From: Bispira polyomma
Lineage: Eukaryota
NCBI GenBank assembly: GCA_965649765.1
Contig: OZ287748.1
Coordinates: forward strand, 32,426,001 to 32,490,000
Direction: 5' to 3'
DNA length: 64,000 nt
Both the position numbers and the translations under genes were made by a program. Below are positions 37,536-51,052 of the stretch, piece after piece (position 1 is the first letter of the stretch; every line of letters begins with the position of its first letter). The notes beneath the pieces are model-generated. The model ran no database searches and was not told the origin of the DNA. It saw only the letters and a program-made list of their open reading frames with translations.

Positions 37536-37765
37536 TCTTTTTAATCTGTAATGTGACTTCGTTATGACAGAATTATATTAACAGCAATATATAATTTATT
37601 ATAATTGCAGTAATAAAAATGATGTGCAATGTTTTTTAAGTAGTTTTTTTTCTTTTTAATCTGTAATGTGACTTCGTTATGACAGAATTATATTAACAGC
37701 AATATATAATTTATTATAATTGCAGTAATAAAAATGATGTGCAATGTTTTTAAAGTAGTTTTTTT
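37536..37765. repeat. Tandem duplication, 2 x 115 bp
   Basis: tctttttaatctgtaatgtgacttcg...aagtagttttttt at 37536 and 37651, near identical. Confidence 0.9.
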
Positions 37766-39248
37766 TGTGCATTTACTCAATAAGTATACATGTAGTAGAA
37801 TCTCTATCATCTGAACTATATTATTACCCTAATATTTTATTTTATTTATATTCACTCAATATCACTCGCCAAATTGTATATTTTCTAACTGTTTAATACT
37901 AAAATACTTCTCCTGTTTTACAGACATTCTATTATCAAAACAGATGATTAATCTCCCAATGTGTTCAAATAATAGAAATCAAATGAGACTTTTCGTTGAA
38001 TTTTGTCTTTGTTTAATGTACACAGAGTAAACTTAAGACACTCTGTAACTAGAAGCAAGTCAAGTGTTTCTCTATAATTAGAACTAATTTTCCAATACCG
38101 CGCATTTACAAAAAACTATCCTCAATTAGGTATTCAAGTAGAAGTTAGCCATAACTAAATAGAACAGAATCCTTTGCATATATTAGACGTTCGACTTATA
38201 CAAAGTCTACTGTATATATATCTCAACTAGACTGGACATACACGGAATATTAGTAATTTACAGGTAACTAATTTAACACAAGGCAGAAGGCAAATTAACA
38301 ATCACCATGCATTGTGAAATGATGCTCTACATTTAAGAATTGAAGAATATGTGACACATACAAATAAACACAAATGCCTCAAGGTGAAAAGTGGTTTTAA
38401 AAGGAGATGTCCTCAGTTATGTAAGTCAATGTTTTTAAAAGAAGAAAATAGTGTTTTGTTTAAAAAAAAATAGCAGAACAAAGACTGCTAAAGAATTCAG
38501 TTTACAAGGTTAATTCAACCTATTGGCTCAAATATGTGAAAATGTGATCGTAGTTACAATGAAACAAGATGGATGACAAGGCTTGAACACATAAGCAATA
38601 ATTTTCTAATATATAGGTCACTTTAAGGTTCAACTTCACCAATATTCTAAACTATTTATCACACATTTCTTAATATACAAGAGCGTACTATAGTAAAGGT
38701 ATATATAGAAACAGGCAGTTATCAAGATTTATTTCATCAACTTGAATAACTGTAATAAAGTAACAAGTAATGGATGAAAATATAAAGGATTGGTTATATA
38801 TTAAATTTTTTAAGTAAAAGATGGAACTTAAACTCACAGACACAGTACATCACATGTCTGGTGATGGTAGTAGCTGTTGGTAATATTAAGATAGATGGCC
38901 ACAGATACTTCTGACAATGTTGACATGGGTTTGAGATGTGAAAAGAGGTATCAATAGATTTCAATGAATAAACGCTAAAAGCTAATGATGAAAACAGAAA
39001 AAGGTGTTTAAAGACAGATGCATCACCAGACACAGTGGTCGGCCTTCAAAGCAAATTAGTGGGTTAGTACATGCTGTTGTTGGTCGTGTTTAATTAATCA
39101 AAGCTACAATCAACAAATATACACACACACACACCTCTGTATTATAATATCTACATGATGGTTAGTCAGTAGAATTGGACAATACGAAAAACTGACAAGA
39201 TTTTTGAAGAAGATAAATGGTATTTTCTCTCGTGTACTAAGACCATAC

Positions 39249-41316
39249 CTGAGAATCGTTGCTGTGGTTCTGCTTATTCTCAATGATGTCATTTCTGTCG
39301 ATGTTGTACGGTTCCAGGTTTTTGTCTGCCTGCCCTTGAGCTTTTCTACGCCTTTCCCTGAGCTTAATCACCAGTATCGCAGTAATGAGGACGGCTACTA
39401 TGATTATGGACACCACAGTTACAGCAATAATGATGCTCAGGTTTCCCTTGGATTCAGGACCTTCTGTGGTGACGGAGAAGCTGCTATCAACAACAATCAC
39501 TACTTTCTGACTAGTAGACAAAGGAGAGTTACCTCTGTCTTGTACAAAGATTAACAGGTCAAAACTCCGGTACTGAACATCACTGAAGTCTACATTTACA
39601 CTGATAGTCCCAGCTTGTGATATCACAAAAGCATTTTTCCCATCCACTGCTAAGTCCTGCATGCGGTAGGAACAGTTGGCATTCTCCCCTAGGTCAGCGT
39701 CTGAAACTTGAATAGTCAATACTGCTGTCCCTACCGGAAGCTGATTGGATATTGTAAAGGTGCTGTTTTTAACGGGGGGAAATACTATACGCGGCATGTT
39801 GTCATTTTCGTCCCTGATAGAGACGATTACATTGACTTCACTACTGGAGTATGGCTCGTGGTCATCAGTGGCCTTCACCACAAAGAGGTAGAAATCTTTA
39901 GTTTCTCGGTCAAAGCTGTTGCTGGCATAGATTTCCCCAGTTTCCGTATGGATGTAGAAAGGCACGTCTTCGTATCCTTCTGCGAGGGCATAGGTAAAGG
40001 TGTTAAATGGTTTTGTGTCAGCATCACTGGCAGACACTCGACTTACATACACATGGGGATCATTGTTTTCATTGATGTTCATCGTATAGTCAGTCTTATC
40101 AAACACGGGTCTTTCGTCATTTCTGTCTTTAATATATATAGTCACGTTAGTGGTGATACGGTGCGGAGGGCTCCCTCCATCTTTGACAACTACATCGAAC
40201 TTGAACTCTTTGATACTTTCGTAATCGAACACTGTGTTAGCTGTAATCACACCGGTCCTTTCATCGATGGATATGAATTTAGAGATCTCCCCCTTGCTGA
40301 CCGAGTATTCCACTTCCCCATTCGCCCCTTTATCTTTATCAGTCGCATTAATCTGCACAAGGACATCTCCTACTGAATTGTTTTCTTCGATAAAAGCCGC
40401 ATACTGAGGTCTTGGCAGTTTAGGACGGTTGTCATTTTCATCAGTGACGGTAACAACTAGTGTTTTGGTCTCTTGGTTCTGTTCTTCCCCTTGATCAGTA
40501 CATGTGATATGCAAGGCATAGAGCTCTTGTACTTCTCTATCTAGGGGCTGGGCGGTGACTACTTTGAATATATAATCGGTGGAGGATTGAGATTGTAGGG
40601 TAAACGACGGGTGGGAGAGAGAACAGATGATATCCCCGTTGTTACCACTGTCTCTGTCAAATACCGATACCTGGGCCACAAAGGACCCGAGGGGAGTCGA
40701 CTCTGACATTTTGGCAGAGGAGCTGTCGGGGCCAAAGATGTCAATAGTAATCTGAGGGCTATTGTCGTTTTGATCGATCACGTGTATAATTATGTCAGTG
40801 GAGGCCGATTCTGGTTCTTCACCACTGTCCTTGGCTACGACCTCTAAAGTGTACTCGGTTTTCTCTTCATAGTCTAACTCCCCAATTAAGTAGACGTCGC
40901 CAGTTTCTGGATTGATACGAAAGAGCTCCCCGAAAGAACTTTGGGTTTTATGACCCCAGGCATAAGACACTTTGGCGTTGTCTCCCAGATCCTGATCGGT
41001 GGCTTTAATTGTCAGGAGGGATTTGATTGGTTTTGTGTCTTCGTCGATGTCCAGTTCATAGGACTGTTCCGTGAAGGAGGGCTTGTTGTCATTGTCATCA
41101 TCTACCTCTACTGTCACTGTGAGGACCCCCCTTCTGTTGGAGTCCTCCTCTGCTATACTGTCGTAGGCAAAGATGTGGACTTGGTAGCTGGCAATGGCCT
41201 CTCGGTCCAGTTCCTCGTCCTCAAGTACCAGTCTTAAGCTGGAGAATATAGGGACCGGCCCACTCGTCTTCTCAGTTACCAGTTTAAAAGTGTCCGTACT
41301 TGAAGCCAGTTCATAT
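39249..41316 (-). CDS. Pcdh: Protocadherin coding exon 3 (EC2-EC7, transmembrane helix, juxtamembrane region)
   Basis: Lies within ORF 39237..41327. Repeated LDRE/LDYE/FDYE and DxNDNxP motifs; TM segment IIIAVTVVSIIIVAVLITAILVI followed by KLRERRRK. Acceptor tttacAG|A (phase 2), donor CAG|GTATGG (phase 0). Confidence 0.97.
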
Positions 41317-43287
41317 CTGTAAACCACAATAAAATACTATAAAATGGGAGGGGGGTGTGGGGGGCTAAAGAAAAGGTAAAATCTGTGCAATTTATGCACT
41401 CTACAAGACACATGACATATACAGGTACATTTGTAGTTGTTAAGTTTTATTTTTTTTTCTGATGAAAATTGATTTTCTTGGGTCAGCTCTGGACTATAAC
41501 CAATTTCATTACATCTAGAATTTCTACAATTATTTATAAAAATTAATTTTGTTTCAAATTTAGTCAGTTTCATTTCATTATAAAATAAGAAATGTGAATT
41601 TATGGCTGAAACGTATAGTAAAACTAACAGATCTATTCTAGTCGATTCTACCCCTCTCAAAAAATCCCGTCAAGTAGGAGTTTTATAAATACATCACAGG
41701 CAGATATTAATATATGATAGCGAGCTGAGTGTGTATAACTAAGAGATTTTAGGAATTAAAAATGTGGAGAGTCATGAAGAATTTCAACAACTGATTCATA
41801 CTTAATGGTCCAAAAATATTGCTAAATTGTGGGCTATTATAATTGGGGGGGTTGGTTGGTCTTGACTTCATTGTTGCCATCCAGCAAAGTATGTAAAATT
41901 GGAGAGGCGAGAAGAAAGAGGGGGTGGGGAGGAGAATTGGGGGGGGGGAGGTTATCAACTACTGTACATATGTTATGTGTAATAATATGGGGCAATGGTG
42001 GTTCAAAGGAAGTTATGTTGTTCAGGGGTAACATGCCAATCCAAGTTTGATAGTGATACTGATACTTGAGCATATTAAGCGAACAATTGCTTCCTAATAC
42101 TTTCATCTGTGTGTTCCTTGATTAAAAGACCCCAAAAATCGCCCGCCTTGATCTGAATACGCCACTTGCTTTTGATATGTGCCTACTCAGTTTTTTTAAT
42201 AACATCTCTATGTTATTTAAAGACTCGTCCATGGTTATTTTAGCAATCAGAAAAGGGACATTAAAGGCAGTGTGAAGTTTTCTGTATACAAGTTCCTGTA
42301 GGGCAAGATATAAGGGAGAGGGGAGCTGTGGTAGGGGAGGGGGGAGGGGAGCATATCATACTCTGTGACATATATGCTTTGTGGGATTTTAACAATAGAA
42401 AAATGGTGGGGTATTTCTTTTTTTACCCTTGCGTAAAAGTAAATTGTAGTTATGGTTAGATTTAAGTCCCAAAAGGCATTTATATGCCATATGACACATT
42501 ACAAGTAAAGGATATGAAAATTAGCGAAAATCTATTAGATATCTGTTAAATATATTTACCTACACAAAGAACGAGTGTGTGTGATACTGGTATTTACCTT
42601 TAAATTAGATTAAAAATTCTCCCTTTGTCATTGGCTCATATGTTTTTTCAACAAGAAAACAGTTCTTTATAAACTTGAAATAGCACTCATCAGTATATAT
42701 GTTTTGGGGGTAGATCATTTACAGATTGGTAATTAATATATATGTCATTCATGAAGCTCTTACTGTTTAGTGGGACATGGTCCTCACACTGAAAAATGGA
42801 TTTTTATAAAATAGGTTTTTCACTTTATAATGACCTTAAAATGTCTTCTTGAATACAAGGACTCATTAGGTGTATTCTAAACCATAAATGGCAAAAATTA
42901 ATGTCTGCACGTTTTAGTCTTCTTTGTAAAAAAAACAAAAAATCCAATTTTGCTTTAATCAACCTTTGGTGTTGAGGTATTTTCTCTAAAGTAAGACATC
43001 TTGGCAAACACAAAAAAAACACCAACACATGTATAAATAAATACAGAAACACGCAGGTCGAGAGAGAACGAGAGATAGATCAAACATAAAAACCTGTGTC
43101 TACAATCTCTCTGAACTACTTATACATAATTAAGCACTTTCTATTCAGACGCTTAACCGTCTATTAGTAACAAAACAGGATCAGTTGCAAGAGATGTGAA
43201 TAAATGATAGTCTGTAAACAACAAGAGAGGTGAGGTGAGGGGAGGGGAGGGGAGGTGGCTTTAAAAAGAAATGGAAGACATTTGTAC

Positions 43288-43448
43288 CGCTTGACTCCGT
43301 GCTGAGGTGAATCCAAATCCACAGCCAGATCCAGACTTCTTGAGCTTCCCTTGGAGGAACCTTCGAAAAACCTCACCTCGATGCTGTCTGGATCAAAGAG
43401 GGGGATGTAGTCATTGATGTCCACTATTTCTACAGAGACTTTGAAACC
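43288..43448 (-). CDS. Pcdh: Protocadherin coding exon 2 (end of EC1, start of EC2)
   Basis: Acceptor ttattattttAG|GGT, phase 0. Reads GFKVSVEIVDINDYIPLF...AVDLDSPQHGVKR with DxND and DxD Ca2+ motifs. Donor CG|GTACAA, phase 2, matches the exon 3 acceptor. Confidence 0.92.
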
Positions 43449-43596
43449 CTAAAATAATAAGAAACAAAAGGGTGTTTATAGTGGGACAGGAACATTATTG
43501 ATTATTGTACTTGGTTCACACCAGAGGTCAGCTATATGCCACCTGTACAGATTAGCTATATATATATATATGCCAATATTTTACATGTAGCAGTAG

Positions 43597-43830
43597 AGGA
43601 CTGCGGTGGCCTAGTTATAAGAAGCGCCTGCCAATAATTACTTGTCTCTCAACAATGTGGCTTTGAATCGTGTTCGTTCCTTCATGTGAGAAGGTTTGTT
43701 AAGTAAATATCGTAGGTTGGTGGTTTACACAGTGGCTTCAGCACTGGTTACATCCACCATAAAAATCTGGCTGTTGTGATATGACCTAAGCTGTTGAAAG
43801 CGATGTTAAAACACCCACCTAAATTCAACT
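43597..43830 (+). mobile_element. tRNA-derived SINE in protocadherin intron 1
   Basis: A box gtggcctagtt, body catgtgagaaggtttg..ggtggttt, tail gatatgacctaagctgttgaaagcgatgttaaaac. Confidence 0.65.
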
Positions 43831-45789
43831 TCAAACATGTGTAACAGACTGCTGATAACCAACAGTCTCCATGTGTATGATATTCTGGTCGATATTGTAA
43901 AAATAAAATGTTACATTTTAAAAATATTGGTGTCCTGGTTTGTTTACTATCACAACAGACATTGACAGATTTTTTGTCACTGCCTAAGCCAAAAGGATTG
44001 ATCAATATTAGTTGCCGGTGTAGTGCCAGATTGGGTATATCCTTGAGAAAGGGTATGGGGGTACAAAATTGAGCGAGGAGGTGCGTTGTCATATTCTTTA
44101 ATCCACTGGAAATAACTTGTATGGAAATAAAGCAAGTGATAGAATTAGTGTCACCATTGGCTATTGACCCTCTGATAGATGAAAAGTCTTAAAGGCTGGG
44201 TTTGATCAGGTAACCATGTCACCCATGTAGTTGGTAACCATGTAAGATCTTGACTAATTTAAATACTTCAAACTTTTGACACTAAAGGGAGTTAACTAGA
44301 GGTGACTAAATATGAAAAATCTGCATTAAGAAATTGTATAAATTACAACTACATGTATATGTTATACATTTATTATTGTTCATTATGAATATTGATATCA
44401 CTAAAAAAGTAGTCTCTCATTAACCAAATAGTCTACATTTTTAACACAATTTTATAAGTAAAACTTTAGGGAACACACATATTCTTTCATATCCTTCTTC
44501 AAACTACAATAGACATTTTTTCCTATTCTAAGGTTGATGTCAACATATGATCTCTATATATGGCATACATGATAAGACATTGAGAATATATTAAATCACT
44601 GAATTGTTTTGTGACCAATTTCAAAGTGTGCTAGAATAGGAACCATAATTTTTTGTTACTCAATCTGGTTTATCAAGGAGAATCATATATAACAAAATGA
44701 TTGACAGTTTGAAGTTTCACTTTGTGACAATCATTCAGATTAATACAACTTAATGAAATCTTCATCATTTTTTCAGAACTTATTATATTAGTATTAAGAC
44801 TTCTTAAAACCTCATCACCTCATGAATGAATAAGTCGTATGTATTCATATGACAACACCCTGACACTAGTAAAGTCTTTCATGAGTGAAATTGGACGGGA
44901 GGATCTCATTAAGATGAAGTAATGGGGACATTGTCGGTGTATTGTCTTGAGGGGGGCATGTCACACACTTTCACTGTGTCATATAGAGAAGTGCACACAT
45001 AAACATAAACACACAAGGGAGGGGGGGCCCTTTATGTTGGATTATTCTAGTCAAAATAGTCTAATACAACAAATTGTATAAAGATGTACATGATGGAAAT
45101 TGGATTTGGGTTTTTAGGGTATTTGATTTTCTGGTTGTCTTAATTTAGTTTATTCAACCAAGAAATTACAAAGATACCTTTATGATACTGACAAGGTTTT
45201 ACTAGTGTGATAGTCGTGTAGCAAAATATGAGTTAACTGTTATTGACAGTGTGCTTCCAGTTAAGGTTTTCTACAATAACGTTGACTTACACTAGTAAAA
45301 TCTTGATTATAAAATAGAAATGAAAACCCAACTCTGCATACACTTTATTATACTCTGCATCAATAATGATACTCTTCTTAAATCTCCACTTTTTTATTGT
45401 ACATGTGACATTATTCTTTGTTTACAAATGTGATCACTCCTGGCCACATGATGTGATACAGACACTTTGTTATATTACACCACCATATCATGCGAATAAA
45501 CAATACCCTGCCGTCCATTCTCACATGCACACAGAACAACTATGACCCATTATATAGTGTCATTAGCAGGTGGAGTTCAATGCATTTTATTGCATGTTTG
45601 AGCAAACAATCTCTCCATACATCTCTTTTTAAGTTCTATAATTTAGTTTTTAAGTTTGATCTTAAAGTCAAGGTTTTCTACTCTGTCAACCACCTGTCTT
45701 TGGTAAATCTACTACTAGACCGAGTTATCTGTCACTGAAACCGGCGTGTTTTTACGGATGTGTGCATCCGCAACAGGAGAGAAAACTTG

Positions 45790-45895
45790 GTCTAGTCTAA
45801 TACCAACTTTCTCACATACATGCCAGGGCCGAGATTCAAACCAGCAGCAGCTGAGTTGGGAGGCCAGTGTGTTACCACTACACCACCATTAAGGT
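45790..45895 (-). mobile_element. SINE 5' (tRNA head) fragment
   Basis: Minus strand: tggtggtgtagtggtaacacactggcctcccaac...ggtttgaatctcggccctggca...agaaagttggtattag; same family as 7120. Confidence 0.65.
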
Positions 45896-45931
45896 CCTTA
45901 CTTATGTTCCATAATATCATCATATACTCAC

Positions 45932-46288
45932 CCCAACTTGGGCTTGTGGACCAGAATATGTCACATCCAAGGTCACATGACATTCCTCACGAAGGATACA
46001 TTGGGGCAGCATCTCTCGGTCAATATCCTGTGCAGTTCGGATGATCCCATTGGACACCTGGAACATCAAGGTATCTGCACTATCCAACAGGTTAAACTCT
46101 GTCTGATCTAACACAGATTTCTCAAATTTATTTTTTAAATATGTGGCGTTCTTTAGGTCACCCACAAACGTGTTGGCAAATCCCTCAGTGACACTGAAGG
46201 TTATATCTGCTCCAGTATTCTGACCTTGAACTTGCTGAAAGGTCAAGGACAAACAAATCAGCAAACTTCCTTTAATTAATGTATGCAT
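45932..46288 (-). CDS. Pcdh: Protocadherin coding exon 1 (signal peptide and most of EC1)
   Basis: ATG at 46288 gives MHTLIKGSLLICLSLTFQQVQG (signal-peptide-like), then ITFSVTEG...VGDL...IDRE...CILREEC (the C-x5-C motif of protocadherin EC1). Donor GGG|GTGAGT at 45931, phase 0. Confidence 0.9.
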
Positions 46289-46507
46289 GTCTGACACGTG
46301 TATTTTGAAATATAGTTATGTATCGGTATGTTTTTGTTCTTAATGATATACATACAACCCACTGTTACTATTTATTTTACAGTGGAGGAAACATTAAATA
46401 AAAAATGAGTATTAGTCCGGCATTGCAGTTGATACTGTCGTCTTTATTTTTATCCTTTGATATGTTGGCAAGATGTTTCTATATTCTGTACATTGTTCTA
46501 AAAATAG

Positions 46508-46510
<3 letters not shown>

Positions 46511-46543
<33 letters not shown>
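46511..46543. repeat. (TA)n microsatellite
   Basis: Pure AT dinucleotide run between the putative promoter and the ATG. Confidence 0.95.
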
Positions 46544-46546
<3 letters not shown>

Positions 46547-46959
46547 AACAGCACTTTATATATATATGTGTAGAACTCAAAAAACTAATTATCGGTTGAA
46601 GTTCCTTTGTATTTTCTTATTACTACAAGGTTCTAGTCTTTTATCTAACCAAACAACCAGTATGAGTGGTACATATATCTCCAATGTCACCGACTGTCCA
46701 TGTCCTGTTGTTATGTTGTGATAATGCCTCCTTTAAAAAAAACTCTGCCAAGTGTGTTTAAAACATATCCTCGCCCAAAATGGTGCTTTATGGGGTAAGA
46801 GTACAATAAACCCTCATCATTATCAAATGCAAAATACGTCATAAAACAGCACTTTTATTGCACATGCACTTCCCACTTTTCTTTAAGGTTTCTTGTCCAG
46901 TCTACTAAACCACTATGGCAGATTCAGACCATATGCAATGTAGTTTGAAGTCCTGTGTT

Positions 46960-47045
46960 GTGTCAACCCGGCGAGAGCGAGCAACCAATACTGCAATCTG
47001 ATTGGCTGAGCTGTTGTGCGTGTATGTGTGTGTGTGTGTGTGTCT
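46960..47045 (-). promoter_or_regulatory. Putative protocadherin proximal promoter
   Basis: Locally CpG-rich patch ~700 bp upstream of the ATG with two opposed CCAAT boxes (CCAAT 46985-46989, ATTGG 47001-47005) next to a (GT)n tract. Confidence 0.45.
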
Positions 47046-48191
47046 TGTTTCACGAAAGAAGGTAATAGGGAAAATGTTATTGAGTACTAGGCTAGTAGGG
47101 GGAAAACCACTTAAAGAGAACATTTAAAATTAATTATAAAACTTGTATGGGACGATGAATTATTGTTCAAGGAGTTTACAAGATGAAGCATATAACTGTT
47201 GAAGTGTCGATACTTTGTTGCCAACGATGAATAATAAGTGATATTCTATAAATATATATACATTACTCATTATAGTTATTATTTATGTATTTCTTACTGG
47301 GTATTTTTTTAATATTTAAATGCTACTTGTGACGTGTTTATAACTAACCAGGCAGTGTTAGACACACCCCCTAAAGATAATAAGATTGTATTTAAATGTA
47401 GTTATAAGGTATAATAAGATATGTTTCTTGTAAGCTATAACAACACAACATTGAAATAATACAACACAATATTAAATTATGTAAAATCAGCCCCCAAAAA
47501 AATTGGGAATATTTTTTTTATTCCTGTCAGACATGCTGTAATCCAACATATTTCATAAGCAACCTTCAAGGAGGTAGGAAAAGGTTTTTTTTTCTAGAAA
47601 AACTATGTCTCAATATCAATGAAGTACCACATGCAAAGATCATGTACAGTTTTACAATGAAGAATGTCTATCCCTGTACATAACTGGGGAGATTATCCCT
47701 TCTGTTCAAGTGTTGTTGAAGGGGATCATTAGCATAGGGTCATTGTTTGCTGCTAACAAGATTGTGTGGTGCTGCATACCTCTTGTCTTCTATGGTAGAA
47801 GTCCATCCATGTAGAGATATATAGCTATAATGTTATAGTTAATTTTTGATGATGATATCCTTGATGTTTTGATTGTTTTCTATATGTTTTGCTGACATCA
47901 GACACAGTTATATGTAATTATATTCATGCAGTCATAGTGTTTATTAATTAAGTTCTTGTAAGCAAACAACTTAATGGAAACTAGAAATACATGAAGTCAT
48001 TTATATCATAGGACACCCCTGATCATGTAAATCCAATAATTTATCGTAACAAAATTTTTTATTCATTCCACCCATTTTCTCCTGCAATTAGTCAGCAATA
48101 AATAGTACATATTAAGCTTAGTAATGATTCTTTAGAAAAGCTATTGTTGCTATGGTTTTAATAAAGATATTATTTTACATATTTTGCTAAA

Positions 48192-48642
48192 TGTACCGAC
48201 TTGTGTAAGCATTTTTGAAAGCGGCCACTTCTGTCAACAATTTTTTATGGGATTGCTTTCTTTTCCAAAATTGTTTGTAGGTGGTCAGTTTTGCCACCAA
48301 TTTGTCTACTATCTTTTTTTGTTCTAAATTAACGATTCTTTTTTGGCTTGCAAAAGGTATTTCTATTAAAGCTTATCAATTTGCTCTTTCTGTCTAATAT
48401 AACTATTTCTTTTTAAAATAATAAAATACTCAAAATACTAGAAAGTGAGCGCTGCAAATCTATTGTTCACCAAAACGGTTATTTCGAAAATTGTGGTGAG
48501 AAATGCTACCTGTTGTAAAATTTGCGGTAACAAAAGTTACCCTTTTCAAAAAGTGTGGTGACTAAATTGACCCTTGCAAAAATTGCGGTGTCAAAAGTGA
48601 CCCTTTGCAAAAAAAAAATGTAATGACAAAAATGTCAGTACA
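48192..48642. mobile_element. Old TIR-element-like relic with ~29-bp subterminal repeats
   Basis: tgtaccgac...gtcagtaca ends, tandem aaaattgcggtg.caaaagtgaccc units at 48487-48610 and inverted degenerate units near 48215-48300. Confidence 0.4.
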
Positions 48643-49553
48643 TGATGGCCAAGAGTCCCCACCCGGGTACCATGTAGGTATCCCCATTCTCATACAATTG
48701 TTGTATGTTTGCAATGTGGAAAAGAGCAGGGTGAAATCAAATGAAAGAAGTTATATATGTACCTGAGGTGGGGGGGGGGGGGGGGGTTAAATGCGTTTAA
48801 TATTGTGACCAAATACCCTTACTTCCGGTATATATATGCTTAAGTTGATGTCCCTCCTAAAGCTGCTTTCTTGCTAGCAGAATAAACACTCTCACAAATA
48901 AGTGTTTGCAATTCTGATAAGTCATAGATATCAAAACATCACATGGTCCAGATAAAGAAGACAAACCAAACTATTTCATGCTTCTTATTAATATATGATC
49001 TCACTGGCAACTCAATGTTACTTATATATACCATCTGTAAGACTTTCAGATCGCTCCTCTGTCATGCTTTCCTATGAGCGTAATCCGAATTACTCAATTA
49101 TGAAGAGCCTATGGACTTTTTGCTATTGTTATAAGGAGGGTGGTGGGGGTAAAGTCTACTTTTAGAAGGAAGTTTCCCCCCCCCCCACTTTTAAAATGGG
49201 TGTGTTTGGAGTGAAAACAGTGAAGAGCTTGGTCAATTCTATGGTCCAGTGTTCTCCAATGATGGACTTGCTATTCCAGTGGAATTGATTTCAATTGTGT
49301 CAAGAGGTAGTGTGACACAAACTGAACAGTGTATACCACCACCACCTCCCCTAAACAATGGCTGTCCAGATTTTATAGTGAAGTGAGCATGTATTTGTTC
49401 TCACTCTATCAAATATAGGATTGTGGTGTTGTTCTTGTTCATGAACAGATCTGGACACAAACACACAAAAAAATTGAATGTGGTCGTTGGATTCCCAAGG
49501 GAAGGGGTGATTTAAAAAGATTACCACCTCCTAATTTGGTGTGTACATGTGTA

Positions 49554-49774
49554 TACTGTATAACTGAAAGTTTTGGCTAACATAAATTTTCACTACTTTT
49601 CCCATTTTTTAAGACAGAAATTCACTAGAATTAATCTTGACTATTATACATTTTTTTACTTAAAAGATTTATACAATCTTAAATTTTCACTTGAAATCCA
49701 TTTTAATTATTCAAGCTGATCAACTAAAATAGGTAAACCTTAATTCCCAGTCAAAAATTTCCACCGATACAGTA
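49554..49774. mobile_element. MITE with TACTGTAT...ATACAGTA ends
   Basis: tactgtataactgaaagttttggct versus reverse-complemented tactgtatcggtggaaatttttgact. Confidence 0.55.
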
Positions 49775-51052
49775 GATGTTTATACAAGTGAGACTGACAA
49801 ACCTGGGGATGGCATGCAGATTATGACCAGTTTTTGTAGATACTAATCTGATGGGGGAACTGTAGACTTGAGTGACTTGAAGTTATGAATACTTAAACTG
49901 ACACCTTTGTACTAGTATGCATACAAAGTACATGTACTTGATATAAAAAAGGTTCATATAATGTTTTTTTATATATAGTAATAAATTAGTGTTTAATGTT
50001 TCTTATGGTGTAATATAACACAACATAAAATACATGGGAAGACTCTTTGCACACAATATTATACATAACCTACTTTAAAACAGTAGTCAATGTCAGATTT
50101 AAGTGCCCATTACACACACCCGAGATATATATTTTAAGCTTGCTTTTGTGAGAAGTGAATGAACTTATTGTTATTGAACTCCCTCTAGGATAGATTACCA
50201 ATTTAACACATATATACCCACCAAAAACAGGCTTACAGGCTCAAAAAAAACGTGATAAGGTTAATTTAAAATATTTGTCTTTTGCAATCTTGTTCACCAC
50301 AATGGTTTCAAACGTGTGGTCTTGGGGGTATTTTGATTGAGTGAATGGTCACTGAATTAAACCAAAATATGTTATATGTCCAAATTTGACCCAATACATA
50401 TATCTGTCTACGATCAAAAAGTGATTATGAAGGCTGTCTGGTACTACACACTCAGTTACCAACCTTAAACCCCAATTGGAAAGAATTTGAAAGCATTTCT
50501 CGGAAAAAAGTTTTTGAATAGCAACAAAACCCAACAAATTTACACAACACTAGAAGTCTAGATAAATATACATAACCTTAACATGACAAATCAGAGATGA
50601 TATACGTTAAGATCAATAGGACGTGATCTTTTAGACAAGAAAAAAATCCTCCTATATGACATGTATCAAACGGTTGGATAATGAAGTGAAAATATACTAC
50701 ATTGTAAACAATGTTGACACGTGTCGGATTTCATTTCTTTATACAAGATAATCAAAGTAGGAGATTTCTGTATGAACCAAATGGTCTGTGAAAATAAACT
50801 TCTGATTAGTTTTATTATGTCATTATTTTATTTCTTAGTGTCCATATGAAATGTTCTATGGGGTCTCGAGGGAAATATGAGGATTTTCATTAAATTAGTT
50901 TTTGTTCAATAAAAAAAAAATTGAAATAGTTCATTGGATTAACAAAAATATGATAGGAAAGTTGTATTGCATAGTTTGGGAGGAAAGACAAATTTCTACA
51001 CATATTTAAGAAATAATCCATGACAACCCTGCCATATGCAAAAATTTTACCA

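Noticed and set aside
39708-40376. 222-aa plus-strand ORF and other ORFs overlapping exon 3
   Set aside because: Antisense shadows of the protocadherin exon with no recognisable motifs.
19982-46288. Vertebrate-style clustered Pcdh with variable exons spliced to three constant exons
   Set aside because: Three tail exons exist, but only one ectodomain set is present and no other cadherin motifs were seen between 46.3 and 64 kb.
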